DNA of 64,000 nt, from contig CBDFJF010000002.1 of NCBI GenBank assembly GCA_965248265.1, forward strand, positions 32,001 through 96,000, given 5' to 3'. How positions within the stretch are numbered: position 1 is the stretch's first letter; the number at the start of each line of letters is the position of its first letter. The position numbers and the translations under genes were made by a program. Shown here piece after piece: positions 27,664 to 37,249 of the stretch. The stretch is from Candidatus Latescibacterota bacterium. GTDB taxonomy: Bacteria; Latescibacterota; UBA2968; UBA8231. The notes under the pieces were generated by a model. It was not told the origin of the DNA. It searched no databases and saw only the letters and a program-made list of their open reading frames with translations.

Positions 27664-28760
27664 ACCTGGCGATCCTCGAAGTCGATGCGTCGATCCACGA
27701 CCATGTAGGTGAGATCACCGATCAATTGGACGACCAGACCCAGCAACGTAAACAGGTAGAGGGTCGCGAACACGACCGGATAGTCGCGCTCGACGGCGGA
27801 CTCGAAACCGAGAAGGCCGAGTCCATCCAGCGAGAAAATGATCTCCGTCAGCAATGCGCCTGTGAACAGGATTCCCACGAAGGCAGCCGGGAACCCGGCG
27901 ATGACGATGAGCATGCCATTGCGGAACACGTGTCCGTAGAGGACCCGTCGTTCGCTGACCCCTTTGGCGCGTGCAGTGATTACGTATTGCTTGCCGATTT
28001 CCTCCAGGAAGGAGTTTCTCGTCAACAGCGTCAGACCGGCGAAGCCACCGATGACGAGCGAGAGGATCGGCAGACACAGGTGCCACAAGTAATCCAGGAT
28101 CTTTGCCCCGAGAGACAGCTCTGCCCAGTCAGCGGAAGTCAGACCCCGCAACGGGAACCACTGCGCGTACTCCCCGCCGGCAAACAGGACGATCAGCAGA
28201 ATGGCAAAGAGGAATCCGGGAATGGCGTTACCGATGACGACGGCGGCCGATGTCCACACGTCGAAGCGCTCGCCCTGGCGCACCGCCTTGGCTACTCCCA
28301 AGGGAATGGAGATGCCGTAGATGAGCAGCGTTGTCCACAGGCCAAGGGAAAGGGAGACCGGAATTTTGTCCAGAACGAGATCGATCACCGAGCGATCACG
28401 GTAGAAGCTGTCGCCGAAGTCGAAGGTCAGGTAGCTGCCCAGCATCTTCAGGAAACGCAGGTGCGCCGGTTGGTCGAAGCCATACAGGCGTTCGAGTTCG
28501 GCGAGCAGCTCTGGGTCCACCCCGCGCGCCCCTCGGTACCTCGATTGTGCCGTGCCCTCGGACCAGGGCAACTCCTCACCTCCGAGTGCATCGTCTCCGG
28601 CGACGCGGGCAGTCGCCGCCACATCGTGACCCTGCATGCGGGCGATCAGGCGCTCGACGGGTCCTCCCGGAGCAGCCTGCACGATGACGAAATTGATTGC
28701 CATGATCCCAAACAGCGTAGGAATCATCAGCAGCAGGCGACGAAGGATGTAAGCAGTCAT
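27660..28760 (-). CDS. yejB: Peptide ABC transporter permease
   Basis: AYILRRLLLMIPTLFGI, QAAPGGPVE, YRGARG, TARAKG, RIDFE. Confidence 0.92.
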   Translation of the reverse strand: MTAYILRRLLLMIPTLFGIMAINFVIVQAAPGGPVERLIARMQGHDVAATARVAGDDALGGEELPWSEGTAQSRYRGARGVDPELLAELERLYGFDQPAHLRFLKMLGSYLTFDFGDSFYRDRSVIDLVLDKIPVSLSLGLWTTLLIYGISIPLGVAKAVRQGERFDVWTSAAVVIGNAIPGFLFAILLIVLFAGGEYAQWFPLRGLTSADWAELSLGAKILDYLWHLCLPILSLVIGGFAGLTLLTRNSFLEEIGKQYVITARAKGVSERRVLYGHVFRNGMLIVIAGFPAAFVGILFTGALLTEIIFSLDGLGLLGFESAVERDYPVVFATLYLFTLLGLVVQLIGDLTYMVVDRRIDFEDRQV

Positions 28761-30583
28761 CGGACCCACCAGGTGCGAATGATCCCCAGATCCTTGCCGG
28801 GCAGCGTGTCTGGTCGCCCGAACTTATCCCAGGTAATCAAGCGGTCGTCGACGGCGTGCCACAGCGGGATGACGTAGTGGCCCCATTGCAGGGCCCGGTC
28901 CAAGGCGCGGGCGATGGCGACCTGGTGATCTCGGTCCGATGCCGCGATCAGCAGCTCGACTAGCTGATCAACTGCGGGATCGGCGATGCCGGCGTAGTTG
29001 CGAGAGCCGGGAGAATGAGCCGCTTTCGATGTCCAGTAGTTTCGTTGCTCGTTGCCGGGGCTGTCGTACTGTCGCCATGAGCGGACGATGACATCGTAAT
29101 CGAACTCCTGCAGCCGGTTCCAGTACTGAGAGGTGTCGACGGTGCGGATCCGCGATTGGATGCCCAGTCGTTGCAGGTTCTGTTGAACGGGGCCGAGTAC
29201 GCGCTCATAGGAGGAGCGGGAGAGCAGGAACTCGATCGTCATCGTCCTTCCGCTGGGATCCACCAGCACTTCATCAGTGACCTGCCACCCGGCTGCCGCG
29301 AGCAGACGGCGAGCCTTGCGCAGGTTGGAGCGCAGACCGTGGCCATCGGTACTGGGTGGTTGGTAGACGGCGGTGAACGCTCTCTTCGGCAGGAGGTCGC
29401 GGTACGGCTCCATGATCTGAAGCTCCAGTGCGTCCGGTGTAGCGGTAGCCGCCATTTCCGAATTGCCAAAGTAACTGCTGCTGCGCAGATAGACTCCGTG
29501 GAGCTGGGTCGCGTTCGTCCACTCGAAGTCGAAGGCGTAGGCGAGGGCTTCGCGCACGCGGGGGTCCCGGAACTTGTGCCGCCGGGTGTTGAAGACGACA
29601 CCGTGCATTCCCTTTACCCGTCGATGCGGCAAGCGCTCCTGCACCAGCCGTCCTTCCAGCAACGCCGGCGTGCTGCGATAGGCGGTTGCCCACTCCCGCG
29701 CGCTGCCCACCGAACGAAGATCGTACTCTCCCGCCTTGAGGGCCTCGACCGCTACGGTCTCGTCGCGGTAGTAGTCGTAGCGAATGCGGTCGAAGTTGTA
29801 CTTCCCCACCCGTACCGGAAGATCCTCGTCCCAGTTGTCCTCGACGCGTCGATAGGTGATCGAATGACCAGGATCGACTGACTCGATCCTGTAGGGGCCG
29901 CTTCCCAGCGGCGGTTCCAGGGTCGTGCGATCGAAGGATCGCCCGCTCCAGTAGTGCTTGGGGAGCACCCGCAGCTGTCCCAGGATCAGGGGCAGTTCGC
30001 GGTTGTCCGTAGCGGACAAGGTGAACTTGACGACGTGCCGGGAGACGGCCTCCACCCGCTCGACGTCGGAGTAGAAACTGCGATAGAACGGGGTGCCTTC
30101 CCGGATCAGGGTCTCGAAGGTGAAGACGACGTCGTCGGCCGTGATCGGCACGCCATCGTGCCAACGCGCCTCCTGGCGTAAATGGAACGTCACCGAGGAG
30201 CGGTCATCAGGGCACTCGATGGTGTGCGCGAGCTCTCCGTACTGGGACAGTGGCTCGTCAAGTGACTGGGTAGTGAGGCGGCTGTAGATGAGGAAGGAAC
30301 CGCGTGCCGACACCCCCTTGAGGATGAACGGGTTGAGACTGTCGAAGGTGCCCACGGCCGCCAGCCGCAACTCGCCGCCCTTGGGCGCGCGCGGATTGAC
30401 GTAGTCGAAGTGCTCGAAGTCGGGGTCGTACTTTACGGTGCCGTGAATACCCAGTGCATGGCCGCGATAGACTTCCCCCGCGTGGCAGGGGAGGCCGCCG
30501 AAGAGGAGCGGCGCGAAGGTGAGGAAAACGATGTATGGGATTCGGTGACGCAAGGTCAACGTCGGCACAGAGGCGATAGACAT
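28757..30583 (-). CDS. yejA: Peptide ABC transporter substrate-binding protein
   Basis: HFDYVNPRAPKGG, FDSLNPF, PLGSGPY, FDFEWTN, SPGNEQRNYW. Confidence 0.9.
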   Translation of the reverse strand: MSIASVPTLTLRHRIPYIVFLTFAPLLFGGLPCHAGEVYRGHALGIHGTVKYDPDFEHFDYVNPRAPKGGELRLAAVGTFDSLNPFILKGVSARGSFLIYSRLTTQSLDEPLSQYGELAHTIECPDDRSSVTFHLRQEARWHDGVPITADDVVFTFETLIREGTPFYRSFYSDVERVEAVSRHVVKFTLSATDNRELPLILGQLRVLPKHYWSGRSFDRTTLEPPLGSGPYRIESVDPGHSITYRRVEDNWDEDLPVRVGKYNFDRIRYDYYRDETVAVEALKAGEYDLRSVGSAREWATAYRSTPALLEGRLVQERLPHRRVKGMHGVVFNTRRHKFRDPRVREALAYAFDFEWTNATQLHGVYLRSSSYFGNSEMAATATPDALELQIMEPYRDLLPKRAFTAVYQPPSTDGHGLRSNLRKARRLLAAAGWQVTDEVLVDPSGRTMTIEFLLSRSSYERVLGPVQQNLQRLGIQSRIRTVDTSQYWNRLQEFDYDVIVRSWRQYDSPGNEQRNYWTSKAAHSPGSRNYAGIADPAVDQLVELLIAASDRDHQVAIARALDRALQWGHYVIPLWHAVDDRLITWDKFGRPDTLPGKDLGIIRTWWVR

Positions 30584-30688
30584 CGAGAGGCCGCAAACCT
30601 AACTTAGCGCCAACCATCCTGTCAAAGAGGTGCCCCGAGAAGCTAACGCTTGACGCCGCCCTGGTAGAGGAGGAACAACACAGTAGCC

Positions 30689-31051
30689 ATGCAGATTAAT
30701 TCGACGATCGCAATGATGCTCTTGCTCGCCACGTGGATGGGATCCTCGTCCTGCGACATGATACCCTTTCTCGGTGACGATTCGGAACCGGTAGCGCAGG
30801 GGGTTATGAGGCAAGCGGATCAACTGGCGACGCAGGCCGAAGACATGGCTGCCGTCGCCCTGCAGATGCAGGAGAAGGCCAAGACTCTAAAGGTTGAGTA
30901 CACGCTGCTTCAGAAGGAAGCCGACGCAGCGAAGGTGAAGTGGGAAACGATGGATGAGCAGGCCAAGGGTATGAAGCAACAGGCTGCCGATATGAAATTA
31001 CGAGCCACCCAAATGAAAAAACAGGCAGAGAAGCTCAGTAGTGGGAAATAG
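30689..31051 (+). CDS. Hypothetical coiled-coil lipoprotein
   Basis: GAGGAGG RBS, signal ending in SSC, Q/A/K/M-rich heptad pattern. Confidence 0.7.
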   Translation: MQINSTIAMMLLLATWMGSSSCDMIPFLGDDSEPVAQGVMRQADQLATQAEDMAAVALQMQEKAKTLKVEYTLLQKEADAAKVKWETMDEQAKGMKQQAADMKLRATQMKKQAEKLSSGK

Positions 31052-31067
31052 TCCGTTGCGAGGTCGG

Positions 31068-31877
31068 TTATTCCAGGAACTGATGCCGCACGCCCAACAG
31101 ATTAGCCGCCGCGGAAACGAACCCGGCGACGACTAGCCACTTGAGCCGGCTGCCGTGCTGGTGCCGGATTCCCCTCGCGTACAGGTAGATGGCATAGAGC
31201 AGCCAGGTAGGTAGTGCCATCCAGATTTTGGGATCGCGCCCTCCCAGGAATTCACCCGGCGTATCGAACAGCCACATTACCCCCATCGCCAATCCGACGG
31301 TGAAGAATGAGAAACCGGCGCCGGCAGCGTAGAAGGTCGCGGCGCCGGCTGTGTCGAGAGCTGGCAGGAAGCGGTGCAACTGGCCCTGTTTCAGCATCCG
31401 CATCTGGATCAGGTAGATCACGGCGGCGCAAAACGCGAGTGCGAAGCCCACATATCCCAACAGGGTGACGAGCACGTGCACGCCCAGCCATGGAAACTGC
31501 AACAACACCGATTGGGCACTCTCGAATCGTACCGGCATTAACAACGGGTAGAGCAAGCTGAGGAACGCCAGGGGGGCTACGACCATGCCCACATTCGGAA
31601 CGCGACTCCAGCGTTCGGCGACTAATCCGATGATGACGAAGACGACGACGAGGAGTGAGATGAGGGGCAGCATGTTGGAGAGTGGTGATCGTTCCGAGAA
31701 AAAGAAATGCAGGCCGAGACCGATGGCGCTCACGATGGCCCCGAGGAGGAGCGCCCGGCGCCCCCACACGTGCAGGTCGGTCTTATTCAGCAACAGGAAT
31801 TGCACTTGAAACAAGAGGGTCGCGATCAGGTAGAGGAGCAACGAAAAGCAGAGAAACACGATACAGGCCGTGGTCAC
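31068..31877 (-). CDS. Cytochrome c assembly (CcsA-like) membrane protein
   Basis: About 8 TM segments, WLGVHV, QMRMLK, DPKIW (WWD-like), overlapping the hemA stop. Confidence 0.8.
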   Translation of the reverse strand: MTTACIVFLCFSLLLYLIATLLFQVQFLLLNKTDLHVWGRRALLLGAIVSAIGLGLHFFFSERSPLSNMLPLISLLVVVFVIIGLVAERWSRVPNVGMVVAPLAFLSLLYPLLMPVRFESAQSVLLQFPWLGVHVLVTLLGYVGFALAFCAAVIYLIQMRMLKQGQLHRFLPALDTAGAATFYAAGAGFSFFTVGLAMGVMWLFDTPGEFLGGRDPKIWMALPTWLLYAIYLYARGIRHQHGSRLKWLVVAGFVSAAANLLGVRHQFLE

Positions 31878-33148
31878 GTGCGTTCACTCCCGTCCAGGTT
31901 GAAAATGCGGCGAATCATGTCCAGTCCCAGGTAGCCATCGTCAGCGCTGGCCAGCTCTTTTATCTGTACTGATGGTTCGTGCAGTAGTTTATTGGCATAT
32001 CCCCGCAACACCGCTTCGACTGTGGCTCGATCTTCCTCCGACAAGTGGGCCAGCCGGCCCGTCCAGCGCCGTAGCTCTTCCCGGCGAAACTGCTCTGCCT
32101 GGTCCCGCATGGCTTTGATGAGCGGACCGGCATCCAGAGCGTTCAACCAGTGGGTGAATTCGGCACGCTCCTCCTGGACGAGAACTTCCACCTTACTGAT
32201 TTCTTGCTCTCGTTCCTCTCGGTTCGATCGGACCACCTGTTCCAGGTCATCGATATCGAATAGGAAGACATTGTCGAGTTCACGGACTCCCGGGTCGATG
32301 TCCCGCGGCACGGCAATGTCGATCATGAACAATGGTTGACCGCGGCGCCGCCCCATGGCGTCACGCACCATGTCTGCCTGAATGACGAAGTCAGGCGCGG
32401 CGGTTGAGGCGATGACGATATCGACGGCGTGCAGTTGATGTGGGAATTCATCCAGCGAGATGGCCTCGCCAGCGAAGGCACCGGCCAGCTCGGTGGCGCG
32501 TTCCAGGGTGCGGTTGGCGACGATCATACGACCGATGCCACTGTCGACGAGGTATTGGGCCGTCAGCGTCATCATTTCCCCCGCACCCAGCAACAGTGCG
32601 CTCTTCCCGTCCAGGCGATCGAAGATGCGGCCGGCCAGTTCCACGGCCGCCGTGCTGACGGACAGATGGCCGCGTCCAATGTCTGTTTCGGTTCGGGCTC
32701 GCTTGCCAACTTTCAGGGCTCGCTGGAACAATTCGTTGAGCAGCAGGCGAGCCGACTTGCTCTGCTGAGCGGCTTCGAGGGAGTCGCGCACCTGGCCCAG
32801 AATCTGGGACTCTCCGATGACGAGAGAGTCGATGCCACAGGCGACGCGAAACAAATGGATGGCCGCGTCGGCGCCTGTGAATTCATACAGACACGGGCGC
32901 AGACGCTCGATATCGAGGTCGCGCTCCGTTGCCAGGAAGCGGCGTATGCGGTCGCTGCCGTCGTCGCCGTCGCAGACCGCGTAAATCTCTGAACGGTTGC
33001 AGGTAGACAGGATCGTCGCCTCGCCAAGCTCGAATGGGCCCACGAGCGACTGCAGACAGGCCTCGAGCCTTGAATCCGCGAAAGCGAGTTGCTCCCGGAT
33101 TTCGACCGGAGCCGAGTTGTGATTGAGGCCGACCGTGATGAGCTGCAA
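31874..33148 (-). CDS. hemA: Glutamyl-tRNA reductase
   Basis: GLNHNSAPVEIRE, LSTCNRSE, GESQILGQV, GAGEM, DIAVPRDI. Confidence 0.97.
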   Translation of the reverse strand: MQLITVGLNHNSAPVEIREQLAFADSRLEACLQSLVGPFELGEATILSTCNRSEIYAVCDGDDGSDRIRRFLATERDLDIERLRPCLYEFTGADAAIHLFRVACGIDSLVIGESQILGQVRDSLEAAQQSKSARLLLNELFQRALKVGKRARTETDIGRGHLSVSTAAVELAGRIFDRLDGKSALLLGAGEMMTLTAQYLVDSGIGRMIVANRTLERATELAGAFAGEAISLDEFPHQLHAVDIVIASTAAPDFVIQADMVRDAMGRRRGQPLFMIDIAVPRDIDPGVRELDNVFLFDIDDLEQVVRSNREEREQEISKVEVLVQEERAEFTHWLNALDAGPLIKAMRDQAEQFRREELRRWTGRLAHLSEEDRATVEAVLRGYANKLLHEPSVQIKELASADDGYLGLDMIRRIFNLDGSERT

Positions 33149-33395
33149 GAGCGAGTATTATGTCCAGTTTTTTCCCGTGGCGGGAATAGTGAAGTGGTTC
33201 AGGCAGTCTCTCACGCATCCTGCAGGGGGGATAGTGCATCCAAAAGGCAGATGCACTCACTACACCCTACACCCAGTAATTAAGTCAAAACACAGATGAC
33301 AATACAGTTCCTTCCCGAGACCAGCTGCAGTGGTGAAAAATTCACGACTTTTTGGTTGCAGAGTCTCGATATTCTGAGCAATAAGACATCCTTAC

Positions 33396-34358
33396 ATGAG
33401 AGAACCCATTATGAAGTCGCTCCGAAAGTCGCTCCGAAAGTCTCACTCAGCATTCCTCGGTCTCTTGACCGTCACGGCAATTCTCCACGGGCTGAGCCCG
33501 ACCATCATCCATGCGGGCGCCTGGGCGCTGCCGCAGGGACGTTTCTGGGGAAAGGTGACCTACTTCCAGCAAGCCACCGATGAGTGGTACATCTCGGCCA
33601 AGCAGTTCAATGGGGTATGGTTCGATGCCGGCACCAGGCGTCCCTATAACTTTGAAGGCAGCTATGAGTCAAAAGCAGTCTTCATCGAGGGGTTCTACGG
33701 TGTCACGGATCGGCTGGATGTCGGGGCTCAAATCCCCTATTTCGACCAGACGTTTCAGGATGCGACCCGTTCGGAACCGCCGACGGACAGCGGTTTCAGT
33801 GATCTGCGCATGATGGCGAAATTTCGCCTGCTGGAGCGCCCGCTGGTGCTGACACTCAAGGGTGCGGTGAAGTTTCCCACCGGTGACTTTGTCAACGAAG
33901 ACGGTCTAATTCCGGTAGGTGAAGGCCAGTGGGATTTCGATTTTGGGGTCCAGGCAGGCCGCTCCTTCTGGCCCCTACCAGCCTACGTCGCTGTCGAGTA
34001 CGCCTACCGAATTCGCCGAGAGAACGAGGAAATACTCCGCGATCCAGGTGAGGAGACCCTCATCAATGGAGAGGTCGGTTACAACCTCACTCCCAAGCTG
34101 ATGCTGGCGACCAAGGTGGAGCTGCTTCGAGGCGGCGCCGGGACGGACTTCGGTATCCGGTCGAGTTCATCGATAAAGCGCATCACTTACCTGGCGCCCA
34201 CGGTTTCGTACGCCGTTCACGGGAGCACGGTGGCCGAAGTCGCCATGCGCTTCAGTCTCAACGGCCGCAATTTTCCAGCCGGAAAACAGATTACCCTCGG
34301 CATGTCAACGGATTTCGATCTGAACCGGTTGGTCGCCAATACACTCCGGCGGCGTTGA
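33396..34358 (+). CDS. Putative outer-membrane beta-barrel / transporter
   Basis: Signal peptide then 'GAWALPQG'; alternating aromatic beta strands; 'GFSDL', 'KFPTG'. Confidence 0.6.
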   Translation: MREPIMKSLRKSLRKSHSAFLGLLTVTAILHGLSPTIIHAGAWALPQGRFWGKVTYFQQATDEWYISAKQFNGVWFDAGTRRPYNFEGSYESKAVFIEGFYGVTDRLDVGAQIPYFDQTFQDATRSEPPTDSGFSDLRMMAKFRLLERPLVLTLKGAVKFPTGDFVNEDGLIPVGEGQWDFDFGVQAGRSFWPLPAYVAVEYAYRIRRENEEILRDPGEETLINGEVGYNLTPKLMLATKVELLRGGAGTDFGIRSSSSIKRITYLAPTVSYAVHGSTVAEVAMRFSLNGRNFPAGKQITLGMSTDFDLNRLVANTLRRR

Positions 34359-34476
34359 TGGCCATCATTCGTCCTCAACGGGCCGTGGTGTATCGGTGCA
34401 TGCTTCTTCTTAACTAATTGTTTTACAGTTATTTAGCAAGATTCACCCGGCCAGATCTGAGCGGGTGGAATTTTTG

Positions 34477-34506
34477 TTGACGCGATTTCAGGCAGGCATG
34501 TATATT
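34477..34506 (+). promoter_or_regulatory. Sigma70-type promoter
   Basis: TTGACG-N18-TATATT with an upstream T-tract; predicted start near 34512-34514, exactly at the 5' arm of the structured RNA. Confidence 0.65.
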
Positions 34507-34511
34507 ACGAG

Positions 34512-34758
34512 AAGCTGGTCGACAAGCGGCCAGCCCCGGGCGATTACGCCAATCGGCTGACTTTCGTCTCAGAAGGCGTCCGCAGGACGCTTTTCGCTGC
34601 GTCGGCCTTACCATTGTGCACGAGCAAGCCTCCTGGTACGCCGACCCGAGGGTCGGTGAGGAGGCATTCTGGCTCGATGCTTGAAAGAAAGGAGGTGGTC
34701 TGTGAGCAGTAGTATACCATTAAGGGGGTCGGCCACCTGACCTGAGCTTCGACCAGCA
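34512..34758 (+). ncRNA. Candidate structured ncRNA / 5' leader of unknown family
   Basis: End-to-end helix GCTGGTCGA/TCGACCAGC encloses four hairpins; contains the extended SD AGAAAGGAGGTGGTC and a 12-codon ORF (34702-34740). Confidence 0.7.
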
Positions 34759-34776
34759 CCCTGTTATTCTCTGACT

Positions 34777-36354
34777 ATGACTACAGCGCTGGATTCAACA
34801 ACATCCTCACCTGCCTACAGGGACACCCTGCCCCCAAAGCTCAGGCTCGAGCTGTGGAAGCGGATCGATCGGCGCTTGAGCCGCGGTGACATACTGATAA
34901 CGAACGAGCAGTTCGTCCGCGCCATGGTGCGGGATTTTCGCAAGATTCTGCAGGTCAAGCCAGATCGGTACGCCATCGAAGAGATCGTGGAGATGGTGCA
35001 GATGGTGAATGAAACCAGACCTGAGACTTACCTCACCATGGGGATCAAAAACGCGATCACCAAGTTTTTCAAGGACACCGAAGAGCGCACACAGGGGCAG
35101 GCGGACGCGCAGGAGGAAATGCACGCCCGCATCAAGGAGATGATCAAGGAAGGCCACACCGCTCTGTTCCTGGAGAGCATAGGGGTCGAGGTCGATGACG
35201 CCGCGCTCAACCCGCGTATCGAAACCGCCATTGTTCGCATAATAGACGGCAAAAAATTGAAAGCGGCGCCTCGCCGAGCAAGCAGCGGGCCCCGCCGCCG
35301 CAAGGCGCCCTCTGAGATGGTATCCGTGCGCTCTGCGGTAGAGGAGGTCGCGGCCAACGACGGCAGCGAACGCCCGGCCGTGGCGCCACCTCCCACCGAT
35401 GAGGAACAGGCACAATACCTCACCGAAGAGAAAAAACGTGTCGAGGTCACGGCCAACGCCGAGCTGGAGCGTGCCCCTCGCTATCTCGATTCATACGTCA
35501 AACAGGACATGCTCAGCGAAAAGGAAGCCGTTGATCTGCGCACGCTGTACGGTATTGACGAGCGCCTGGCCAAGGGGGAGATCGACGAAGCGGAGGCCAA
35601 TCGGCTACGCAATGAGCTGTCGGAAGGCGTGCGCGACAAGCTGCAGGAGCGACTGCGAGCCGCGGTCGATCACTCCGTCCATTACCTGAACGTTTTCGAG
35701 GCGCTGGGCAGGCTGCCACAGGAGCGGGATGGGGCACTGCAGTTCCTGATCGATTTCGCCGACCTGGTAGCCATGGAAGACAAGGATGTGGAGTTGGCCG
35801 ACGTCACCAAGGCTCTCGAAGAGGACGATGAGTTGGTCGAGAATCTGGGAGTCTTGATGGAGCGCAAGGACCATGGGATTCGCATGTTGGTGGCCAACAT
35901 GCCTCCATTTCGTCACGTGTTCGGTCCTGGTGAAAAGATCGGCACGTGGGTAATCGAGGCAAAGTTCGTTGCCGATCTCAGGAACCTGAGACTGGACGAG
36001 GTCTCGGAGCAGCTCAATGCAGACGACACCGCCGTCCGCGTCCGCGCGGCGGCCGACATAAAGTGTATGGTGGCCTTGTTGAATCTTCTCATGCGCCCGA
36101 CGGCAATGCATGCCGAGATAAGGCGTCTGCGGATCCACCTGCGCATCCGCCGGACCCTTGAGGGAGGCGCGGATGAGCGCGATGGCCGCAACAAGGTGCA
36201 GCAATTCCTCAAGCGGCGTTTGCACAATTTGTACCCGGATCTCACCAGGGAAGAGCGTGCCGGCATCGAAGAATGGTCCAACAAGCTGCTCGCCGGTCGG
36301 GGGGAAGAAGAAGAAGAAGGTGAAGACCGCTCGAAGCGCGTCTACCGGGTGTAG
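34777..36354 (+). CDS. Hypothetical all-alpha cytoplasmic protein
   Basis: 525-aa ORF with coding-like composition; no motif recognised; no obvious SD. Confidence 0.8.
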   Translation: MTTALDSTTSSPAYRDTLPPKLRLELWKRIDRRLSRGDILITNEQFVRAMVRDFRKILQVKPDRYAIEEIVEMVQMVNETRPETYLTMGIKNAITKFFKDTEERTQGQADAQEEMHARIKEMIKEGHTALFLESIGVEVDDAALNPRIETAIVRIIDGKKLKAAPRRASSGPRRRKAPSEMVSVRSAVEEVAANDGSERPAVAPPPTDEEQAQYLTEEKKRVEVTANAELERAPRYLDSYVKQDMLSEKEAVDLRTLYGIDERLAKGEIDEAEANRLRNELSEGVRDKLQERLRAAVDHSVHYLNVFEALGRLPQERDGALQFLIDFADLVAMEDKDVELADVTKALEEDDELVENLGVLMERKDHGIRMLVANMPPFRHVFGPGEKIGTWVIEAKFVADLRNLRLDEVSEQLNADDTAVRVRAAADIKCMVALLNLLMRPTAMHAEIRRLRIHLRIRRTLEGGADERDGRNKVQQFLKRRLHNLYPDLTREERAGIEEWSNKLLAGRGEEEEEGEDRSKRVYRV

Positions 36355-36425
36355 ACATTTTTCGGGGATCTAACAAGCACGTAGAAGCGTTTCACACGCA
36401 TGAGTCAGGCGAAGGAGCAGGTGCG

Positions 36426-37229
36426 ATGAAATCAAAGTACACATTCAAGTTCCCATTCAGCCATTCAATGGTCATCGCTGTTGCCGCCTTCCTCTGCTCT
36501 GGAGCGGTCGAGGCAGAAACCGATCGCGTGCCGGCCGACCGATCAGAAACCGGTCGGCTTCTGGGCGACGCAAGTCAGACTGACTTTGACATGCGGGCTT
36601 TCCGTGCGCGTTTGCACAATGCGCTGGAGCTGTCGGAAGAACAGATTACACAACTCAGAGACTTGAGGGCACAACTGCAGGTACGGCTCGGGGATACTCG
36701 GGAGGAGGTACGGGAAGGCAATCTCAGCCGAACAGAGCGTCGGGCCATGGTGCGGCGAATCATGAACGCACACCGTCAATCGAGGGATGCGATCTTGAAT
36801 CCCGATCAGATTGCCCTGCTCGACAGAGCCCACGACTACCTGGCAGAGCGTCGGTTGGAGAGGCGGTTGGATAGACCTCATCGTCGCCACCGCTTTGACC
36901 GGTTGGCCGACGCCTTGGAGTTGAACCCTGAACAACGTCATGAATGGCGCGCCCTGTTGGAGAGGCAGCGGGCTGCCATACACAATCTGCGTGAGTCCGA
37001 TGAAGCGCCAACGCGCGACGACGTTCGCCAACTCCGGCTGCAGCACAAAGAGGCCTTCGAGGCCATTCTAACGCCTGAGCAGCTGAGGCTATTCCGCGAC
37101 ATCGAGGATCGCCGCCACCGGAGGGGTGATGCTGGCGATGCAGACGAATTTCCTTCGACCTTGGACGATGATCCGGCGACTTCGGTTGGAACGATGAGCT
37201 GGGGAGAAATCAAAGAGGGGTCGCGGTAG
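36426..37229 (+). CDS. Exported Spy/CpxP-like (LTxxQ repeat) protein with C-terminal SWGxIK motif
   Basis: Signal peptide; LELSEEQ, ILNPDQ, LELNPEQ, ILTPEQ; ends ATSVGTMSWGEIKEGSR. Confidence 0.75.
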   Translation: MKSKYTFKFPFSHSMVIAVAAFLCSGAVEAETDRVPADRSETGRLLGDASQTDFDMRAFRARLHNALELSEEQITQLRDLRAQLQVRLGDTREEVREGNLSRTERRAMVRRIMNAHRQSRDAILNPDQIALLDRAHDYLAERRLERRLDRPHRRHRFDRLADALELNPEQRHEWRALLERQRAAIHNLRESDEAPTRDDVRQLRLQHKEAFEAILTPEQLRLFRDIEDRRHRRGDAGDADEFPSTLDDDPATSVGTMSWGEIKEGSR

Positions 37230-37249
37230 GCCCGCAGCAAGCGTCGCTA

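Noticed and set aside
27648-28877. Long antisense ORFs (also 19067-20203, 7780-8703, 26240-27100)
   Set aside because: Shadow frames opposite well-supported genes, expected in high-GC DNA, with no recognisable motifs.
33414-33442. 12-bp tandem repeat AAGTCGCTCCGA x2.4 (KSLRKSLRKS)
   Set aside because: A short in-frame duplication in a signal-peptide N-region, most likely slippage with no functional signal.
34512-34758. tmRNA, RNase P, 6S, SRP RNA or 16S rRNA fragment as the identity of the structured region
   Set aside because: The minus strand has GGGGCTG...TCGAC and ACCACCTCCTTTCT, but there is no T-arm/CCA end, no GAGGAAAGTCC, no SRP GGAA loop motif, no single long 6S-like rod and no further 16S similarity. 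The promoter points to the + strand.
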